The translations under genes and the position numbers were made by a program. 64,000 nucleotides of DNA from a virus, in IMG/VR virus record IMGVR_UViG_3300042914_002167. One strand, 5' to 3'. Shown here piece by piece: positions 59,173 through 64,000 of the stretch. Below the pieces are notes generated by a model, which was not told the origin of the DNA, made no database searches, and saw only the letters and a program-made list of their open reading frames with translations. How positions within the stretch are numbered: the first letter of the stretch is position 1; every line of letters starts with the position of its first letter.

Positions 59173-59591
59173 CACCGTTTGATTTCATCAAAGCAATCTC
59201 AGAGAGCAAAGAGAATCTGTTGGTTGGAACAGACAATGACGAATTGACTGAAAAGGAGTATGAACCCTTTATCGTCAATCGTGGTTTGTCTTTCTTTCCA
59301 GACACAATTCTCTATGTCAACGAGATGAATGTTCGCGCATCTCTAGGTAAAACTCCTCAATTCCTATTTCTTCTAAATAGCATTAGACCACGAAAGCGAT
59401 ATAGCAAGTGGCTAAAAAAAGAGAAATTGGATGATGTACAGATTGTCTCTGAATACTATGGATACAGTCTTGCCAAATCCAAGGAAGCACTCAAGGTCTT
59501 GACTGATGATCAGATCAAGATCATAAAAACAGCATTAGAAAAAGGTGGAGTGAACACCAAGGAGAAAAAGGATGCAAGAAAACTATGTTGA
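59169..59591 (+). CDS. gp62: Clamp loader small subunit gp62
   Basis: PFIVNRGLS, NEMN, RKRYSKW, EYYGYS. Confidence 0.93.
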   Translation: MTPFDFIKAISESKENLLVGTDNDELTEKEYEPFIVNRGLSFFPDTILYVNEMNVRASLGKTPQFLFLLNSIRPRKRYSKWLKKEKLDDVQIVSEYYGYSLAKSKEALKVLTDDQIKIIKTALEKGGVNTKEKKDARKLC

Positions 59592-59982
59592 CAGTCTGCT
59601 GGAGGTGAGACTAAAAAAAGAAGACGATTTTCTAAAAGTCAGAGAGACATTGATGCGAATCGGTGTGGCGTCAAGAAAAGACAAGAGACTGTATCAGTCG
59701 TGCCACATTCTTCATAAGAGGGGCAAATACTACATTGTACACTTCAAGGAGTTGTTTGCGCTAGATGGCAAACCAACAGACTTTGATGACAGTGATCTTG
59801 GGCGTAGAAACACCATCTCAAATCTTCTTTCTGAATGGGGATTGATTGAAATTGTTATTCCAGAAAGATCAAAAGAACCAGTCGCGCCACTCTCGCAGAT
59901 CAAGGTTATTGCGTACAGTGAAAAGAACGATTGGGAATTAATAACAAAATATAATATCGGAAACAACAAGCGTAAAGATTGA
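59572..59982 (+). CDS. regA: Translational repressor RegA
   Basis: DFLKVRETL.RIGVAS, LYQSCHILHKRGKYYIVHFKELF. Confidence 0.97.
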   Translation: MQENYVDSLLEVRLKKEDDFLKVRETLMRIGVASRKDKRLYQSCHILHKRGKYYIVHFKELFALDGKPTDFDDSDLGRRNTISNLLSEWGLIEIVIPERSKEPVAPLSQIKVIAYSEKNDWELITKYNIGNNKRKD

Positions 59983-60007
59983 CAATCCAACGAGGATGTG
60001 TCATAAT
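59979..60007 (+). promoter_or_regulatory. sigma70-type promoter
   Basis: TTGACA, 17 nt, TG-n-CATAAT. Confidence 0.65.
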
Positions 60008-60065
60008 AGAGTCTGATGCGATGTAGCATCGGTAAAATTTCTAACTGATTTGAAAGGTAATTATC

Positions 60066-60296
60066 ATGGCATTTGTAAATTCTAGCAAGACGCAAAACGA
60101 GCAACTCATCTCCCACCTTCGTGGCACCTGCCGCACACTTAGCGCACCTCAAGCACGAGCATTGTTCGGCGTCAAGAACCTTCGCGCCCGCATGAGCGAA
60201 CTTCGTCAGATGGGCTTCCGTGTTCGCACTTCAAAGAACACTTTGGGCAACACAACCTATGCAGTTGCCCGCCGCATGCAGTGGCAATTTAACTAA
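60066..60296 (+). CDS. Small winged-HTH protein
   Basis: ARALFGVKNLRARMSELRQMG. Confidence 0.7.
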   Translation: MAFVNSSKTQNEQLISHLRGTCRTLSAPQARALFGVKNLRARMSELRQMGFRVRTSKNTLGNTTYAVARRMQWQFN

Positions 60297-60345
60297 AAAA
60301 ATGTGCAAATACAGTCTTTATTAGGCTTGTTTGCACATAAATCTG

Positions 60346-60512
60346 TATAAATAAGATACCCAACGGGATGGGAACGTAAAGACTCTACCACCTTAGGAGC
60401 GTCTAACGCCGATGCAACGATATGGCATCCCTGTATTCGGTAAGCAGGAACTACGCTACGCCTTCGGGGTAGCATTTTCATTTTTACTCGCTTAATCAAA
60501 GGAGAAACTATC
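60346..60512 (+). promoter_or_regulatory. Late promoter plus structured 5' leader of Hsp20 with a ROSE-like hairpin
   Basis: TATAAATA 60346-53; several stems including a C(UUCG)G loop; CUCGCUU (60487-93) can pair with SD AAGGAG (60499-504). Confidence 0.6.
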
Positions 60513-60989
60513 ATGACAAATCTTTCCGCATTCGGTCCAGGCTTCAAAGACTTCGACAAGTATTTTGTGGGCTTTGAAGATCAATTCAATCGCCTTTCTA
60601 AGATGCACGATGATCTTACAAAGAGCATTCCTAACTACCCCCCGTACAACATCAAGAAAACTGGCGAAAACACTTACGCTATTGAACTTGCTGTTGCTGG
60701 TTTTGGTAAGCAGGACATTGAAATTGAACTAGCTGAAGGCAAGTTGATTGTTAAGGGAACTACATCTGATAACTCAGATGAAAATTTCCTATTCAAGGGT
60801 ATCGCAAATCGCGCATTCACACGCGCATTCGCCCTAGACGACCAAGTTGAAGTTCAAGACGCTGAGATGATCAACGGAATGCTTCGCATCTTCTTGGAGC
60901 GTATCATCCCTGAGCATAAGAAGCCAAAGAAGATCGCAGTCAAGGAAAAGGCTGAGAAGACATCTTCAAAGCAATTTCTAGCTGAGTGA
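60513..60989 (+). CDS. hsp20: Small heat-shock protein Hsp20 (IbpA-like)
   Basis: NYPPYNI, IELAVAGF, GIANRAFTRAF, NGMLRI.LE..IPE. Confidence 0.96.
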   Translation: MTNLSAFGPGFKDFDKYFVGFEDQFNRLSKMHDDLTKSIPNYPPYNIKKTGENTYAIELAVAGFGKQDIEIELAEGKLIVKGTTSDNSDENFLFKGIANRAFTRAFALDDQVEVQDAEMINGMLRIFLERIIPEHKKPKKIAVKEKAEKTSSKQFLAE

Positions 60990-60993
60990 TATC

Positions 60994-61086
60994 ATGTGGA
61001 CTAAATTGAAGACATTCCTTCTAACTATACTTGAAGGCTTGCAAGAAGCAAGAGAGAATCAAGCTAGAAAGAGAATCGGTCGCTAG
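60994..61086 (+). CDS. 30-aa hypothetical peptide
   Basis: MWTKLKTFLLTILEGLQEARENQARKRIGR, followed by a GGGGC-GCAA-GCCCC hairpin. Confidence 0.4.
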   Translation: MWTKLKTFLLTILEGLQEARENQARKRIGR

Positions 61087-61131
61087 CATACAAGGGGGCG
61101 CAAGCCCCCATTCGTTTACTGAAAGGTTATT

Positions 61132-61491
61132 ATGAACCCATTTATTGATCAACTCAACTTCATGCAAGCATGTGATCAGAGTACAGACGCATACAACGAA
61201 GCGCAGTTTCAATTGTATCAGCGGCTAATCCACGAAGAAGTTGAAGAACTAAATACTGCTACCGATCCGGTTGAGCAATTGGACGCTCTTGTTGACATTC
61301 TTGTTGTCACTATAGGAGCAATGCATAGCCTTGGTGTAAACGCTGAAGGTGCATGGAATGAAGTCATGAAAACAAACTTCGCAAAAGTGGATTGGGCAAC
61401 TAAGAAAGTCATCAAGCGGGCTGATGGCAAAGTTCTAAAGCCTGAAGGATGGCAATCGCCACAACTGGAGAAGTTTGTTCTACCTAGATAA
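61132..61491 (+). CDS. MazG-like nucleotide pyrophosphohydrolase
   Basis: LIHEEVEEL..LDALVDILVV..EVMKTNFAK..RADGKVLKPEGW. Confidence 0.85.
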   Translation: MNPFIDQLNFMQACDQSTDAYNEAQFQLYQRLIHEEVEELNTATDPVEQLDALVDILVVTIGAMHSLGVNAEGAWNEVMKTNFAKVDWATKKVIKRADGKVLKPEGWQSPQLEKFVLPR

Positions 61492-61662
61492 ATGCACACA
61501 AAAGAGCAATTGGAACATGAAAAGACTATACTAGAGTCTGCTCTTCGTATCTTTATGATACGAGATCCAGTTATTGCCGACCGTGTTCAAAAAAGAATTT
61601 TGAAAATTGAAGAGGACCTAAAGAATGGCAATTATAAAGATTTTGAGGACCGTAGCGGGTGA
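61492..61662 (+). CDS. 56-aa hypothetical protein
   Basis: ATG directly after upstream stop; fills gap. Confidence 0.45.
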   Translation: MHTKEQLEHEKTILESALRIFMIRDPVIADRVQKRILKIEEDLKNGNYKDFEDRSG

Positions 61663-61927
61663 AGAGATTATCGGTGAAGTATTGAGTGATGATGAAGATA
61701 TAATTATGATCAAGAACCCTTGTTTGATTGGTCTCACGATGAGTCAGCAGGGGCAACCGTCCATCAACATGCAAAGACTTCTTCCGTTTTCTTCTGATAC
61801 TGAAGTGGGCATCTACAAAAAGAATCTATTGTTCATCGTTGGTGTTGACGCCAAGATTGAAATGAAGTACAATGAAATCTTCGGCAACATTATCGTTGCG
61901 CAATCAAAGAAGATTATCACTGGCTAA
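61625..61927 (+). CDS. Conserved hypothetical protein upstream of gp43 (Sm-like)
   Basis: IKILRTVAGEEIIG..KNP..YNEIFG. Confidence 0.75.
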   Translation: MAIIKILRTVAGEEIIGEVLSDDEDIIMIKNPCLIGLTMSQQGQPSINMQRLLPFSSDTEVGIYKKNLLFIVGVDAKIEMKYNEIFGNIIVAQSKKIITG

Positions 61928-64000
61928 TGAAATTCTACACAAACTTTACTAGACTCGGCAAGTTCATCGTAGAGAGAGGTTATAAAGACGGCAAGCGTTT
62001 CACGCGAAAGACGGAATATACTCCAACTCTCTACGTTCCATCTCGCGAAGTTACAGATTACACCACACTTCAAGGCGACTACGTTGCGCCTATAAAATTT
62101 GAAGGTATGCGTGAAGCAACAGACTTCACTAAGAATTATGAAGGTGTAGACAACTTTGCGATCTATGGCTCTACTAACTTCGCATACACTTACATTGATA
62201 GTCAATATCCCGACGGTGTTGACTACGATGTGAGTCTGATTCGCACACTGAACATTGACATTGAAGTTGGCTCAGAGAATGGCTTTCCTGAGCCCGCGCA
62301 AGCGAACGAACCAATCACCGCAATCACAATCAAGACTGGTGGGCATTACTATGTTCTAGGATGTGGCGAGTACACAAACGCTAGAAAAGATGTCACATAC
62401 ACTCAATGCAATGATGAGAATCAACTCATCATGAAGTTCCTTGAATTGTGGGAGTCGTTTGATGCGGACATCATCACTGGATGGAACGTGAAATTTTTCG
62501 ACATGCCATATCTGCACAATCGTATTGTCAAATTGGCTGGAGAGAACACCGTCAAGCGATTGTCTCCTCTCCGCGCAATCAGTCAAAGAACAACAAAGGT
62601 CAACAATCGCGAACAGGTCGCATATGAATTTGAGGGTATCGTAATTCTGGACTACCTTGAACTATACAAGAAGTTCACTTACTCGCAGCAAGAATCTTAT
62701 CAGTTGGATCATATCGCATTCGTTGAACTTGGCGAAAGAAAGCTGGACTACTCTGAGTATGAGAATCTGCATCAGCTATACAAGCTAGATTACCAGAAGT
62801 TCATTGAATACAACATCAAAGACGTTGATCTTGTGGATCGCATTGAAGACAAGATGAAACTGATTGAGATGGTGCTAGCCCTAGCCTATGACGCTAAGGT
62901 GAATCTGAATGATGTGTTCACTCAAGTTCGGATGTGGGATACTCTGACACACAATCATCTGATGACGAAGAAGATTGTTGTTCCACAGAAGAAGAATTCT
63001 TCTAAAGATGAACAGTTTGAGGGTGCATATGTAAAAGATCCAATCATCGGTAAGCATGAGTGGGTTGCATCGTTTGACTTGAACAGTCTGTACCCTCACC
63101 TGATCATGCAATACAACCTCAGCCCAGAGACACTTGTCGAGGGGATGCACACTAGCATCTCAGTTGATAATTTGCTGAACAGTAAATATGAAGCAAATCA
63201 GGAATATTGCATGGCTGCTAATGGGCACTACTTTCGCAAAGACAAGCAAGGCTTTCTGCCAGAGATGATGCAGACAATGTACGATGATCGATCAAAATAC
63301 AAGAAGCTGATGATTGAGTGGCAGAAGAAGAAAGAGGCAGCAAAGACTGATGAGGAGAAGTTTGAGTGTGAGAAGCGCATCTCAAAGTACAAGAATCTTC
63401 AGATGGCAAAGAAGGTGCAGTTGAATTCTGCTTATGGTGCTCTTGGCAATCAATACTTCCGTTTCTACGACATTCGTCAAGCTGAAGCAATCACACTGTC
63501 TGGGCAGTTGTCCATTCGCTGGATTGAACAAAAGATGAATGGGTATCTGAACAATCTACTCAAAACAGATGGTGTTGACTACATCATCGCATCAGATACA
63601 GATTCAATCTATGTTCACTTCGGTCCTCTTGTCAAGAAAGTGTACGGCGACTCTAGTCTTCCTAAAGAGAAGATTGTAGACTTTCTGGACAGAGTGTGTG
63701 AGCAGAAGATTCAACCGTTTATTGACAAGTCATATCAGCAGCTGGCTGACTACATGAATGCGTTTGATCAGAAGATGCAGATGAAGCGAGAGTCTATTGC
63801 AGACACTGGCATCTGGACTGCAAAGAAGCGATACATTCTGAATGTGTGGGATAACGAAGGTGTTCGATATGCAGAGCCGAAGTTGAAGATGATGGGTATT
63901 GAATCTGTGAAGTCTTCCACTCCTAGGGTGTGTCGCGACAAGTTTGAGGCTGCATTCAAGTTGATCATGACTGGCACAGAAGGTGAGTTTCAGCAGTTCA
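61927..64000 (+). CDS. gp43: Family B DNA polymerase gp43, 3'-truncated (absent from ORF track)
   Basis: ATG 61927 MKFYTN..; DIEV exonuclease, DLNSLYPHLIMQYNLSPET, KVQLNSAYG, SDTDS, GIESVKSSTP; frame runs to window end. Confidence 0.97.
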   Translation, partial: MKFYTNFTRLGKFIVERGYKDGKRFTRKTEYTPTLYVPSREVTDYTTLQGDYVAPIKFEGMREATDFTKNYEGVDNFAIYGSTNFAYTYIDSQYPDGVDYDVSLIRTLNIDIEVGSENGFPEPAQANEPITAITIKTGGHYYVLGCGEYTNARKDVTYTQCNDENQLIMKFLELWESFDADIITGWNVKFFDMPYLHNRIVKLAGENTVKRLSPLRAISQRTTKVNNREQVAYEFEGIVILDYLELYKKFTYSQQESYQLDHIAFVELGERKLDYSEYENLHQLYKLDYQKFIEYNIKDVDLVDRIEDKMKLIEMVLALAYDAKVNLNDVFTQVRMWDTLTHNHLMTKKIVVPQKKNSSKDEQFEGAYVKDPIIGKHEWVASFDLNSLYPHLIMQYNLSPETLVEGMHTSISVDNLLNSKYEANQEYCMAANGHYFRKDKQGFLPEMMQTMYDDRSKYKKLMIEWQKKKEAAKTDEEKFECEKRISKYKNLQMAKKVQLNSAYGALGNQYFRFYDIRQAEAITLSGQLSIRWIEQKMNGYLNNLLKTDGVDYIIASDTDSIYVHFGPLVKKVYGDSSLPKEKIVDFLDRVCEQKIQPFIDKSYQQLADYMNAFDQKMQMKRESIADTGIWTAKKRYILNVWDNEGVRYAEPKLKMMGIESVKSSTPRVCRDKFEAAFKLIMTGTEGEFQQF

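Noticed and set aside
60301-60338. Inverted repeat as a CIRCE heat-shock operator
   Set aside because: ATGTGCAAA-N20-TTTGCACAT does not match TTAGCACTC-N9-GAGTGCTAA; more likely a simple hairpin
22177-64000. Introns or inteins in terminase, UvsW, gp46, gp44 or gp43
   Set aside because: Lengths and motif spacing are normal and frames uninterrupted
1-64000. tRNA or rRNA genes
   Set aside because: No cloverleaf with a GTTCRA T-loop recognised in the short intergenic regions; a tRNAscan run would be needed to exclude them fully

Overview
A 64-kb segment of a T4-like (Tevenvirinae/Kyanoviridae-like) myophage genome, almost all on the + strand. In order: baseplate and tail-fibre genes (1-10.3 kb); an accessory cassette (10.3-19.3 kb) with a 1360-aa fibre-like protein that is about 10% Cys, a GT9 heptosyltransferase-like enzyme, a NodU/TobZ carbamoyltransferase, a GroES-like protein and, on the - strand, hldD and gmhB; the head-tail core (gp13-gp20), a 7-kb insert of decoration-like proteins, gp67/68/21/22/23 and gp3; then uvsY, uvsW, gp55, gp47/46, peptide deformylase, a cupin, hldC, hldA, dCMP deaminase, a putative DNA glycosyltransferase, a GC-richer early island (vWA + MoxR AAA), gp45, dsbA, HNH, gp44/62, regA, Hsp20, a MazG-like protein and a 3'-truncated gp43 DNA polymerase. 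T4 late promoters (TATAAATA), consensus sigma70 promoters and intrinsic terminators are visible. Best candidate for an undescribed system (inference): a phage ADP-heptose pathway feeding an atypical GT9 (catalytic Asp apparently replaced by Arg) and a carbamoyltransferase encoded beside a hyper-Cys-rich virion protein, suggesting virion-protein (possibly S-linked) carbamoyl-heptosylation. Second candidate: a capsid-targeted polyprotein of small basic domains separated by repeated prohead-protease-like EEVELEE linkers. All family calls come from motif recognition and synteny by eye; no database searches were run.
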